From a bacterium (GTDB taxonomy: Bacteria; Cyanobacteriota; Vampirovibrionia; Obscuribacterales; JAKAZS01): 64,000 nt of DNA. Of this stretch, positions 40,410 to 49,566 are shown piece after piece. The stretch is from NCBI GenBank assembly GCA_021815785.1, contig JAKAZS010000004.1, positions 58-64,057 of the forward strand. The letters are read 5' to 3'. The notes under the pieces are model-generated. The model ran no database searches, was not told the DNA's origin, and saw nothing but the letters and a program-made list of their open reading frames with translations. Made by a program: the position numbers and the translations under genes. Position 1 is the stretch's first letter, and every line of letters starts with the position of its first letter.

Positions 40410-41852
40410 CTAACCCCAATCACCAGAGCCGCCGAAGTCCATGTCACCAGAGCCATAGCCTTCGTCAGCACCGCCAAAATCGATGTCAGCATTACCATAG
40501 TCATCGCTAGAAACGTTATCATCTTTATAAATTCCATCATAGTCATTGCCTAGATCATTAACACTACCAGAACCACTATCTAGATAATTGCTATGTTGAT
40601 TAAAATCGTTAAAATCAAATTGGTCAATATTGTTATAATCATAGCCGTCGCTTATCATATTATTTTGAATATCTGATAACTTACGGTTTAATTCAAATTG
40701 ATTTAAAAGAGTCACGATCGACAAAGCTTGACCAGCCATATTCAAGACATTGTTTGAACTATAGGTGTCTGTATTTATCCAGCCTGGAACATTGTAGTTA
40801 TTATTTGACGCAGTTTCAGAAACATTTGCTTGATTATTCTTGTTAACTAGAAGGCTATCATTTAATTTTTTACTTGCCTTTTCCTCAATTTCTAAAGAGC
40901 TTTCTGACGTAACCGATGTTTTGGTACCAGTTAACTTTTCAACTTTATTTAAATAGTAACCCAAGTCTTTGTTTATAATAATAAGCATATTAATTAGCCT
41001 GGGTATATCTTTCTCCAAATTAGCATAATCGCGTTTATTGTACTTTTCTAAAATACTCGAATAACTCTTGTTTATAATATTTATATTGGCATAAAATAAG
41101 GTTAAATTTTGTGTCAACTCAGCGTTTTCTTTAATGTCAATATATTCACTAGCTTGGCTTAATTTATCGATATTTTGAAAAACCACGGTTATATTTTTTT
41201 TTAATTGGTCAATTTTGTAGTCATATATTTTAGTTTTATTTTCATGCCTTTTTTCTGAGTATATTTTATAAATAATAAAAGCGATGACAATAAATATAAA
41301 AACAGGTAAAAAGTCAAAACCAGAGACCCCATTATTATAATTCGTAGGCTCTGAACTAGGCGCAGAATTAGTTGCAGAATTAAAAGTGGTATCAGAACTA
41401 TGCACAATGTGGTTACTAGTCAGTTTAATGTTCTCAATTTTATTATTAATAGCTTTTAGCAAATTTTTTATAGCCAAATATAAATTACCTTCTTTTATAT
41501 TTGGTAAAAATTCTTTTTTTAAAATATTTTGCTTTAAGAAATCGTTATCTATATAGTTTTCATGTAAAAATTTACTGGTTATTACTTTAACCTTAGCCGA
41601 CCTTAAATCTATAACCATTAATAACCCACGTCCGCGTAAATGCCAGTTTTTTGCCAAAGCGATGGCTAAATCATCTATATTCTGACAAAGATAAGATTTT
41701 GGCAAAATAATCACTTTTGGACTGTAAGAGAAGTTAGTACAGGTTTTTGACAAATCTTGTAGTTCATCTTTAGTTAAATTGTGCCCATAGTCAATTATGG
41801 TGTCTTTAGGACATGATTTAGGTATAAAACTGGGAATATTAAAAACAGGCAA
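40410..41852 (-). CDS. TPM-domain (YgcG/TLP18.3-like) protein with a central transmembrane helix, a helical region and an acidic Gly/Asp/Tyr tail
   Basis: TPM-like IIDYGHNLTKDELQDL...VIILPKSY...LAKNWHLRGRGLLMVIDLRSAKVKV, TM helix FLPVFIFIVIAFIIYKIY, and tail GGADEGYGSGDMDFGGSGDWG. The only available start is TTG at 41852. Confidence 0.55.
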   Translation of the reverse strand: MPVFNIPSFIPKSCPKDTIIDYGHNLTKDELQDLSKTCTNFSYSPKVIILPKSYLCQNIDDLAIALAKNWHLRGRGLLMVIDLRSAKVKVITSKFLHENYIDNDFLKQNILKKEFLPNIKEGNLYLAIKNLLKAINNKIENIKLTSNHIVHSSDTTFNSATNSAPSSEPTNYNNGVSGFDFLPVFIFIVIAFIIYKIYSEKRHENKTKIYDYKIDQLKKNITVVFQNIDKLSQASEYIDIKENAELTQNLTLFYANINIINKSYSSILEKYNKRDYANLEKDIPRLINMLIIINKDLGYYLNKVEKLTGTKTSVTSESSLEIEEKASKKLNDSLLVNKNNQANVSETASNNNYNVPGWINTDTYSSNNVLNMAGQALSIVTLLNQFELNRKLSDIQNNMISDGYDYNNIDQFDFNDFNQHSNYLDSGSGSVNDLGNDYDGIYKDDNVSSDDYGNADIDFGGADEGYGSGDMDFGGSGDWG

Positions 41853-42291
41853 ATTCTTACATCAACTAGACTAGACAACCAACATTGTATGTCATAAAGT
41901 TCATTTATTTTGTACATTTAATAATAAAAAAACGATTACTACTGGATTTTGCTTACTCTACCATAATCGCATTAACACGTGTTAATAATTACTTTAGTTT
42001 TTTAAATCTTTTCTTTGCATATTAGATATTTTTCATAGATTTAATAGCTTTAAGTTAAAGAATTATAAGCTACTTGCCTAGTTTTCTTAGGTTGGTCACT
42101 CAACAGCTGTTTTCTTACAAAATTCCTTGCATAATTTCCAATTTAAGCTATTATAAATTTAAGATATTAAAGTTTATATGCTATTTATTTTAAGTCATAT
42201 AAATTTTTGCTATCTATCTGGAAACAAAATTAATTATAACTAATTTCTTTAAACAAAACACAATAAATAGCTAACTAAATGGAGTAGTTAA

Positions 42292-44148
42292 ATGTTTAAC
42301 ACCACAAATTTAAATCAAAAAATTTCTAATAAAACTCATACTGCCACCAAAAGCTCTAATTCATTATTTACAAATAATGTTCTTCATCACGGCTTAATCT
42401 TAAACATTATAACACCAATAAATAGGGTAGAAAACATTATTAATACAGTAAGTAAAAGAAATAACCCTAAACCTGTTTTACCAGTTGCGCCAGAATATAT
42501 AGTAAAAATCATAAAAGCCTATTTAACTGCCTGGTTTACCCAAAATAGAACTGGCGGCATAAGTATGATTATTACTTATGTTATAGCTGGTTTAATTATC
42601 CAGCAAGCTTTATGCATTAGTGCAGCAGCTAGTGGATTTAATTTATGTTTAATTAGCAATAAAACCAGGCAGAATCTACCTCTAAACGATAATGCCGGAA
42701 GTATTGGTTATTTTGAGCCACCAAATTCCGATCAATCTGTATTAGCTAAGAATACGGCGACTAGCTTTTCGACATTTAAGGGTGATAATTCACTAACTAA
42801 AGGTTATCAATTACCCAAATCAACACATGACGCTGGTTTAGTGGTGCGTAATCCTGAATTTGCCAATTTAATAAAATCTAGTTATGATAAAACCAGTTTA
42901 GCTGAAATCAGTAAAATCTTAGCAGCAAAAAAAACCGTACAATTAAATAGATATGAAGGTGGGGGGCATTCAGCTGTCACCATTGTCGATAAACCCAGCC
43001 TAGAATCAGCCATTGGGGGTTTACTAATTTTACAATGGGACCGCGATAATATCATGCAAGCTTTAGCTGAATATCAAGCTAAATTTAATTCCAATCTAAA
43101 AGATTTTAATATAGGTGAGGACGCATGGAAAAAAGGCTTATCGTCTTCGCTTAAATATCAAATGAAGCATCAGTTTCGTATTATTGATGTAATAGATGGT
43201 AAAACCAGTGTCAGCGACATTAACGCTCGACCCCATATTCGCTATATTGGGGTTGGCCTAGAAGATATTAATGATCCCTGGGGCAATGCCCAAAATGATG
43301 CTTTGTCCTCAATTAATTATTTATTATTTCATGCAATGAATGAAAATCATTTAAATATTGAAGACCCCTTAATTGCACCATATGCTAACAATTACGCAGT
43401 ACTTTTACCTAATTATTTTAAAACTGTTCGTGTATGGGAAGACTGGGATTTTGGCGCCTGGGAAGATAAGCGAGCTGAACACGCCTCTTCAATAGGCATG
43501 GCCTTAGCTTGTTTGCGAGAGCAAAAAACTTATGTTGATAAACATGGTTCATTAAGCTATATAACTAAAGGTAAAACTTATTCAGTCAATTCAAATGATT
43601 TAAATGATTTAATCACTAAATGTGAAAACAAATTAAAAACTTTATTACCAGACGAATTTACAAAAAGCGATGATAACAGCATTAGACATGTTGATGCAGC
43701 TTTAGTAAATCCACTTTATTTAAGTGCTTTATCACATAGAGCCTTACTTGATGATTCCATGAATTCAACCATAATTAATAATATTCAAAATCAACTTATG
43801 GGTGATATAGGTATACGTCGTTATCCTGGCGATGTTTGGGATGGCAGGGTTAATCGCAATGAATTGCCCCCAAGTATGTCGGCTCAATGGACTCATGTGT
43901 CACCGATGATTAGCGTCATATTAGCCGATATGTATGCTAGAACTAAGAATCCAGAATTATTAAAAGGCCAAATATTTCACTTTAATCGAGCTCTAGCAGC
44001 CATAGATGCTGATAGAAAAATACCCGAGGCTTACATTAGAGATAAAGATAACACCAAGTGGATTGCTGATGACAATAAACCTTTAGCTTGGTCACAAGCC
44101 AGTTTAATCGCAGCTCTAATTGCCATGCATCAAAGCATTGGTCCGTAA
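42292..44148 (+). CDS. GH15-family (glucoamylase / phosphorylase-kinase alpha-beta-like) protein, short paralog
   Basis: WGNAQNDALSSINYLLFHA and WEDWDFGAWEDKRAEHASSIGMALACL resemble the PHK-alpha/beta-type GH15 (alpha/alpha)6 domain, as does RRYPGDVWDG. The N-terminus carries a partial copy of the shared module. Confidence 0.7.
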   Translation: MFNTTNLNQKISNKTHTATKSSNSLFTNNVLHHGLILNIITPINRVENIINTVSKRNNPKPVLPVAPEYIVKIIKAYLTAWFTQNRTGGISMIITYVIAGLIIQQALCISAAASGFNLCLISNKTRQNLPLNDNAGSIGYFEPPNSDQSVLAKNTATSFSTFKGDNSLTKGYQLPKSTHDAGLVVRNPEFANLIKSSYDKTSLAEISKILAAKKTVQLNRYEGGGHSAVTIVDKPSLESAIGGLLILQWDRDNIMQALAEYQAKFNSNLKDFNIGEDAWKKGLSSSLKYQMKHQFRIIDVIDGKTSVSDINARPHIRYIGVGLEDINDPWGNAQNDALSSINYLLFHAMNENHLNIEDPLIAPYANNYAVLLPNYFKTVRVWEDWDFGAWEDKRAEHASSIGMALACLREQKTYVDKHGSLSYITKGKTYSVNSNDLNDLITKCENKLKTLLPDEFTKSDDNSIRHVDAALVNPLYLSALSHRALLDDSMNSTIINNIQNQLMGDIGIRRYPGDVWDGRVNRNELPPSMSAQWTHVSPMISVILADMYARTKNPELLKGQIFHFNRALAAIDADRKIPEAYIRDKDNTKWIADDNKPLAWSQASLIAALIAMHQSIGP

Positions 44149-44157
44149 ATTTAATTT

Positions 44158-47019
44158 TTACTGTTTTTCCAGTACAATTGCTGACCGAGGTGCAATGCTA
44201 ATATTTTGTGGTGATAATCCGGGGTCTGGGTTACTATCAGTATTTATTAATGGCTTCCAATTGCCAGGTGGCAATTGGATATTTAACGGTTCCCAATAAC
44301 TGTTAAATGCTACGTACATTGGTTTTGCTGATGGAGGGTTTAACTGCCAGGATAAAAACCGGGTATCGCTAGAAAAATCAGGTTTAAATGGGATAGTACC
44401 ATGATAAATTATGCCGTCTTGAGCCACATTGCCAATATTATGAGTTTTGCGAATTTCAATAAGTTTCTTGGCAAAATCATGAATAATTTTAGCATTAGGA
44501 TCATCGGTCAAATTCTGCCACGGCATATTGTTTAACGTCCTTTGATCGTAGGCGTTATTGTCACCTAAAGCAGTGCGTCTTATTTCATCACCGTATACCA
44601 TCATCGGTGTCCCTTTAGAAACCAGAAGCAGGGTCAAAAAGTTTTTAATCTGTTTCATTCTTAAAGCTTCAATTGCTTGTTTTTGATCTTCCGGTATATT
44701 GGCATCTTTAAGCTCACCTTCATAACCGCTATTCCAGCTATAATTATTATCAATCCCATCAGTATTGTTTTGGCCATTTTCAATATTGTGTTTGAAATTA
44801 TATGAAACCAGGTCATTCAACGTAAATCCGTCATGAGCGGTTATAAAATTTACCGAATACCTACCCAAGCTATTATTAAACATATCTGGAGATCCAGCAA
44901 TTCTTTGGGCTAACGTTCCGACCTGACCAGCATCGCTTTTAACAAACTGGCGTGCAGTATCACGAAAATTGCCGTTCCATTCTGACCACAATTTATTGTA
45001 AAAATTTCCCAAGTAATACTGATCAACACTCCATGGTTCAGCAATTAATTTTACCCTGGATAATACAGGATCATTAGCAATAGCCTGTAAAACAGGCGAA
45101 TCAGCCATTTGCGTATTATCTGGCATATATTTAAAAATGGGCGCCTCATCAAAGCGGAAACCATCAACGTGCATTTTATCTACCCAGTATCTTAAACTGT
45201 CGATAACATATTTTAATGTTTCGGGATTATTTGTGTTAACAGTATTGCCACATCCGGTATGGTCAATGTATTGGCTTTGATCAGCGGGATTAAGCAAATA
45301 ATAGCCTTCATTATCAAGCCCTTTAAAATTAACCGTTGGGCCAAACTGATTGCCTTCACGCGTATGGTTAAAGACCACGTCTAAAATTACTTCCATATTA
45401 TTTTTATGGAATTCTTTAACCATCCCCTTAAATTCATCGATTTCTTTGCCCATATTTTCAGTGGCAAATCTTGGTTCAGGAGCAAAATGGCTGGTCGGAT
45501 TATAGCCCCAGTTATCAATTAATTGTTGACCAGTAATTGGGTCAACCCGGTTGGCATCAACACGATCAAATTTAAATATCGGCATAATTTCCACAGCCGT
45601 TACGCCAAGGTCTTTTAAATAAGGTATTTTGGATACTAACCCCTTATACGTGCCTTTAATAGATCCCAGACTTTCGTCAGCATTGGTAAAAGAGCGTAAA
45701 TTTAATTCATATATGATACTATCATTCATCGCAATATTAGGATGTTTATCATTTTCCCAATTATAATCGTCTTTTACCGCAATGGCCTTGGGCATGGCAC
45801 CAAAATCATTGATATTGCTTATAAGCTTATCACGGTTTGGGTTATTTGGATTGCTATTATCGTAACCCAAAATATCTGACGTGTCAGGATTATCACCAGT
45901 TATAGCCTTTGCGTAAGGGTCAAGCAAAGCTTTATTAGGATTAAACCGGCTGCCGTCCAATTGTGGATCATAGCTGCCATCAGCACTATATAAATAAAGG
46001 CTGCCAGCAGGCAAATCATTGACGAACGAATGCCAAACACCATTGGTCTGAGCCATGGGATAAGTTTGATACGCAACTTTATCATTAGCATTGTGGAATA
46101 ACAGCAAATCCATGCTGGTTGCCTTAGGTGAATAAATGGCAAAATTAATCCCATTATCTAAAACCGTCGCTCCTAAAGGTTGAGCCGAACCAGCAGTAAT
46201 CTGTTCGCCCACAGCTTTGCTTAAATCATTACCTACGGTCACATCAGCTTGGGGTCTGGTTAAATCTTTAAATTTTGCCAATTTTGTAACACTATCATTG
46301 GCCTGATTATCGGTAACAGGGTCATGACTAAAACCAATTTTTTGGAAAGTAACGCCGGCCAATTTTTGCAGACCTGGCAATGCAACGTTCATCAAGCCGC
46401 CAGAAGCCATCGCTGAAATAGTGCCTTCCATGTTGATTGAATTTTGGTAATTATTAGTAAGGTTAGGCAATAATGTTGAAGCGCTATAATTAACAAATCC
46501 ACCGGCAGCTCCAGTTAGCGCTCTTGAAGAACCTCTGGCAATCACATTTAAATACCCATTGTTTAAATCAATTGTACTAGATAATTTGTTCCCACCTTCA
46601 AATACAGCAAAACTTGCCATGGTTCCTAAGGCATTGGCAATCCGGGTCTGGTTTTTGCCTGGTTTTTGTGCAGCCTCATATAAGCCAGCGCCAGCTATCT
46701 GACACCGGCTTTCGTTAGTTAGGATACTAGCCGTAGCCTCATCCAGTTTTAATCCAGTTGACAGTTCGGTCATACCTAATTTTAGCGCTGCTCCGGCCAT
46801 GACAAACGGCAATATTGCTCCTGTAGTTTGGCTTATGTTTTGCGTAAACCATTTAAGACTACCTGTTTGGGATTTTGCTACCGGCAAATTGGCGTCATTT
46901 TTCCCAGTTATTGTATCATATACTTTTATTACTCCCGATCCGTTTATAAATGGATTCACTACATTTTTAAGAACCCAATCGGACTTATCTTTAGTTTGAG
47001 TAATACTTATTTTATCCAT
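44158..47019 (-). CDS. glgX: GlgX/isoamylase-type glycogen debranching enzyme (GH13 with CBM48) carrying a ~270-aa N-terminal extension
   Basis: CBM48-like GATVLDNGINFAIYSP...GVWH, and GH13 conserved regions DVVFNHT, GFRFDEA, AEPWS and FITAHDGF. Confidence 0.85.
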   Translation of the reverse strand: MDKISITQTKDKSDWVLKNVVNPFINGSGVIKVYDTITGKNDANLPVAKSQTGSLKWFTQNISQTTGAILPFVMAGAALKLGMTELSTGLKLDEATASILTNESRCQIAGAGLYEAAQKPGKNQTRIANALGTMASFAVFEGGNKLSSTIDLNNGYLNVIARGSSRALTGAAGGFVNYSASTLLPNLTNNYQNSINMEGTISAMASGGLMNVALPGLQKLAGVTFQKIGFSHDPVTDNQANDSVTKLAKFKDLTRPQADVTVGNDLSKAVGEQITAGSAQPLGATVLDNGINFAIYSPKATSMDLLLFHNANDKVAYQTYPMAQTNGVWHSFVNDLPAGSLYLYSADGSYDPQLDGSRFNPNKALLDPYAKAITGDNPDTSDILGYDNSNPNNPNRDKLISNINDFGAMPKAIAVKDDYNWENDKHPNIAMNDSIIYELNLRSFTNADESLGSIKGTYKGLVSKIPYLKDLGVTAVEIMPIFKFDRVDANRVDPITGQQLIDNWGYNPTSHFAPEPRFATENMGKEIDEFKGMVKEFHKNNMEVILDVVFNHTREGNQFGPTVNFKGLDNEGYYLLNPADQSQYIDHTGCGNTVNTNNPETLKYVIDSLRYWVDKMHVDGFRFDEAPIFKYMPDNTQMADSPVLQAIANDPVLSRVKLIAEPWSVDQYYLGNFYNKLWSEWNGNFRDTARQFVKSDAGQVGTLAQRIAGSPDMFNNSLGRYSVNFITAHDGFTLNDLVSYNFKHNIENGQNNTDGIDNNYSWNSGYEGELKDANIPEDQKQAIEALRMKQIKNFLTLLLVSKGTPMMVYGDEIRRTALGDNNAYDQRTLNNMPWQNLTDDPNAKIIHDFAKKLIEIRKTHNIGNVAQDGIIYHGTIPFKPDFSSDTRFLSWQLNPPSAKPMYVAFNSYWEPLNIQLPPGNWKPLINTDSNPDPGLSPQNISIAPRSAIVLEKQ

Positions 47020-47294
47020 TATATGCTCACTAATGATAGATTGATTTAAAAAATTAGAATGACTACCTGGAATTATTTTATTTAAGATTTATTACTGTGT
47101 AACTAGTGTAAATACGAAAAATGACTTTTAAAATCATTAATTTTGCCAAAATATTTTTTGCTAATAATTAGATATAATCATATTTATATACAATTTATTC
47201 GCTGCCAAAAAAAAATCACAAATTATAATTATGCCGACGATTCCGCTTAGCAATCGCTCAATTAGACATCCGGTTTCGTAAGGTGAGACGATTA

Positions 47295-48305
47295 TCAATC
47301 ATGGCTATGTCGGTGGTGGATATCACTTATATGTTCATGGGAATGCTTTAGAGCATCATGGCTGTGTTCATGCGTGTGAAACGCAACTATGCCAGTATGC
47401 TGATGATTATGATGTCCGTCAGTGTGAATGTGAAAATGCGTGTGTGTCATACTTTCATGCCAATGGCTATGTCCGTGCATATCTTTAAGAATCAAATATA
47501 AAGATCCCATAATTAACAAAGTTGCTAAAATTTGGGTAAGATTTAAAACTTCATGAAATATCCAAACCGAAAATATTAATCCCCAAATTGACGAGGTCGC
47601 AAAAATCAATTGCGCACGTATCGCTCCAAGATTTTGACTTGCTCGAATATAAAGTATGAGACTAACACCATAGCTAAAAAAACCAATTAACATAAAATAT
47701 AAAGAATTTAACCCAAAAATCATATCTTTAAAAAAACATATACCTAGTAATAAATTAATAATGGCAGCAGTAAAACCTTTAAGAAAAACCAGTTGTGAAG
47801 GCTTTATACTATCAATGACTGATGCCAAATTATTGTCAATTGCATAAAACAGACAAGCTAAAATAATCATCATATAATTAAGTAAATTGTCGATATTAAA
47901 ATCAATATGCGTAAACATGGCTAAGGCTATAAATACACCAATTACACCAACATACGATTTCCGCGTCAAATGCTCTTTAAAAAGCAACAAGGCTATCAAT
48001 ATTGTAAAAACCGGTTCAAGATTAAACCAAATTGATACATTCATTGCTGATATTTTTTTTAAAGCTGCTAATAAACATATTGGAGCCAGAATTCCTCCAG
48101 ATAATATCAGTAAAATAATGTTTCGATTTAATTGCTTGTAAATATTGAAATTTGTTTTTAAAGTCAAAAGTGTACTAAAACTAGCACCAAGATACAATAA
48201 ACCGGACATGGTAAACGTTGAAAAATCATTAATAATTAATTTGCACAAAACCGGACTAATACCAAATAGAATCGCCGATAAGATGATATTTATAAAATGG
48301 ATCAT
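47295..48305 (-). CDS. EamA/DMT-superfamily transporter with a His-rich C-terminal tail
   Basis: About 10 hydrophobic helices in two EamA-like halves. The tail is HGHSHWHESMTHTHFHIHTDGHHNHQHTG..HTHEHSHD..HSHEH..IHHRHSHD. Confidence 0.75.
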   Translation of the reverse strand: MIHFINIILSAILFGISPVLCKLIINDFSTFTMSGLLYLGASFSTLLTLKTNFNIYKQLNRNIILLILSGGILAPICLLAALKKISAMNVSIWFNLEPVFTILIALLLFKEHLTRKSYVGVIGVFIALAMFTHIDFNIDNLLNYMMIILACLFYAIDNNLASVIDSIKPSQLVFLKGFTAAIINLLLGICFFKDMIFGLNSLYFMLIGFFSYGVSLILYIRASQNLGAIRAQLIFATSSIWGLIFSVWIFHEVLNLTQILATLLIMGSLYLILKDMHGHSHWHESMTHTHFHIHTDGHHNHQHTGIVAFHTHEHSHDALKHSHEHISDIHHRHSHD

Positions 48306-48349
48306 CTTTAATTATCTCGCCTTAATATCCTGCATTAATTCTAACAAAT
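48240..48349. repeat. 110-bp direct repeat, copy A
   Basis: Manual alignment with 49457-49566 gives 108/110 identical bases. It covers the first 22 codons of the DMT gene, a 6-nt spacer and 44 nt matching the 3' end of the 310-aa gene. Confidence 0.9.
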
Positions 48350-48513
48350 CCTCCTAAAACGGATCAACCTAAGCCTTTAATAAGTCCACCGGCTTATTAA
48401 GGTAGACTTTTAAATTAACGGGACTTGTACGATATTTTCAGATAAACCAATTAAATACAAGTATTATAGCCATTATAACACATAGCATTTACAGATTATT
48501 AGTTGTCCGTGTT

Positions 48514-48531
48514 TTTGCCAAAAACAGACTA
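48514..48531. repeat. short intergenic repeat TTTGCCAAAAACAGACTA (identical to 879-896)
   Basis: Exact 18-mer shared with 879-896. A 16-nt related copy, TAATTTGCCAAAAACA, follows at 48536-48551 and matches 876-891. Confidence 0.6.
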
Positions 48532-48661
48532 AATTTAATTTGCCAAAAACAAAATAATTAATAATGCCTTTAGTGCTTGGCGACCAATTTTAAACTTAGT
48601 TGATAAAATAAAATAAGTTTTTTTATCAATTAAAATATTAATTTAATAATCGAAAAAATTT

Positions 48662-49384
48662 TTAGCGAGTTAAATCAAAAAAATCATTTAATATTTTTTT
48701 GTTTGAACTAATGCCTAAGTATTCATTATAAGAATTAACCTGATGAAATGTTTGAAGATTTGGTTTGGTTATATTAGTCTGTAATTTTTCTATAGATCTT
48801 GTAGTTATAAGTTCATTAATTGTACTTCTTTCATTTTCACGTCGTTGAAATATAAAATTTAATTCAAGAATTAAGCCTGGCATAATAGGAAATCCATTTA
48901 ATTTAGAATGTAATTTTATAAAATTAGGATTAATGTTATCATTGTCACTAATAATTAATTCATTAAAAATGTTTACTTTAGATTTTAAAGTATCGGGATA
49001 TTTAAATTTATAAACTATGCCAGAATAATTTTTATTCTTATAAATATTTTTTTTTTGCCAGTAATCAGGATTTTTTATTAATTTTCCACCATTTACTAAA
49101 AAGCTTATAATTCCAAAACCTTGTGGATCTTGAACATTGTTAAGTGGAGTTGCAAAATAAACCTTACTTTTATGATTAATATAATACACTACATAGTCTG
49201 GTTTTTGGCAATAGACTTGAGTTTGTAGTTTCGTATTTAATAAATTAAACTGATTAGCTGAAAGATAAAGGACATGTAGGCCAAATAATTTAGTTTCTTG
49301 TTTTATTAAATAAGAATTTTTAGCTAAAACTGATAATGGGCTAAAAAATAATGAAACGATAAATATTAAAATTAATTTAGACAT
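48662..49384 (-). CDS. hypothetical secreted protein (240 aa), Asn/Lys-rich
   Basis: Signal peptide MSKLILIFIVSLFFSPLSVLA; no recognisable domain. It sits inside the repeat-bounded insertion. Confidence 0.5.
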   Translation of the reverse strand: MSKLILIFIVSLFFSPLSVLAKNSYLIKQETKLFGLHVLYLSANQFNLLNTKLQTQVYCQKPDYVVYYINHKSKVYFATPLNNVQDPQGFGIISFLVNGGKLIKNPDYWQKKNIYKNKNYSGIVYKFKYPDTLKSKVNIFNELIISDNDNINPNFIKLHSKLNGFPIMPGLILELNFIFQRRENERSTINELITTRSIEKLQTNITKPNLQTFHQVNSYNEYLGISSNKKILNDFFDLTR

Positions 49385-49433
49385 ACTTTTAATTAAGCAA
49401 TATTAGGTTTATTTTTGATTAAAAGATTATAGC

Positions 49434-49457
49434 AGTAGTTTTTATATTAAAACTACT
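49434..49457 (-). terminator. stem-loop at the insertion boundary
   Basis: AGTAGTTTT / AAAACTACT 9-bp stem with a 6-nt loop. On the minus strand it is followed by the moderately U-rich GCTATAATCTTTTAATC. Confidence 0.3.
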
Positions 49458-49522
49458 TTGCACAAAACCGGACTAATACCAAATAGAATTGCCGATAAGA
49501 AGATATTTATAAAATGGATCAT
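49442..49522 (-). pseudogene. orphan 5' fragment of the DMT transporter gene, created by the duplication
   Basis: Encodes MIHFINIFLSAILFGISPVLCK, which matches the first 22 residues of the 47295-48305 gene with one substitution. It then diverges and stops after 4 more codons. Confidence 0.8.
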
Positions 49523-49566
49523 CTTTAATTATCTCGCCTTAATATCCTGCATTAATTCTAACAAAT
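49457..49566. repeat. 110-bp direct repeat, copy B
   Basis: See copy A. Here the repeat holds the genuine 3' end of the 310-aa gene plus the orphan DMT 5' fragment. Confidence 0.9.

Larger units (their letters stand above)
48350..49456. other. inserted, visibly more AT-rich ~1.1 kb segment bounded by the 110-bp direct repeats
   Basis: It lies exactly between the two repeat copies and contains one ORF (48662-49384) plus non-coding DNA. No mobility gene is present. Confidence 0.55.

Noticed and set aside
40352-41407. Minus-strand ORFs 40352-40546 and 41201-41407 overlapping the TPM-domain gene
   Set aside because: They are out-of-frame overlaps within the longer, domain-supported ORF, and their hydrophobic composition comes from AT-rich codons.
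45900-47049. Short ORFs overlapping glgX (45900-46154 -, 46799-46999 +, 46828-47049 +) and 53849-54094 (-) within the GH15-like gene
   Set aside because: They are shadow frames inside long ORFs that carry conserved catalytic or shared-module sequence.
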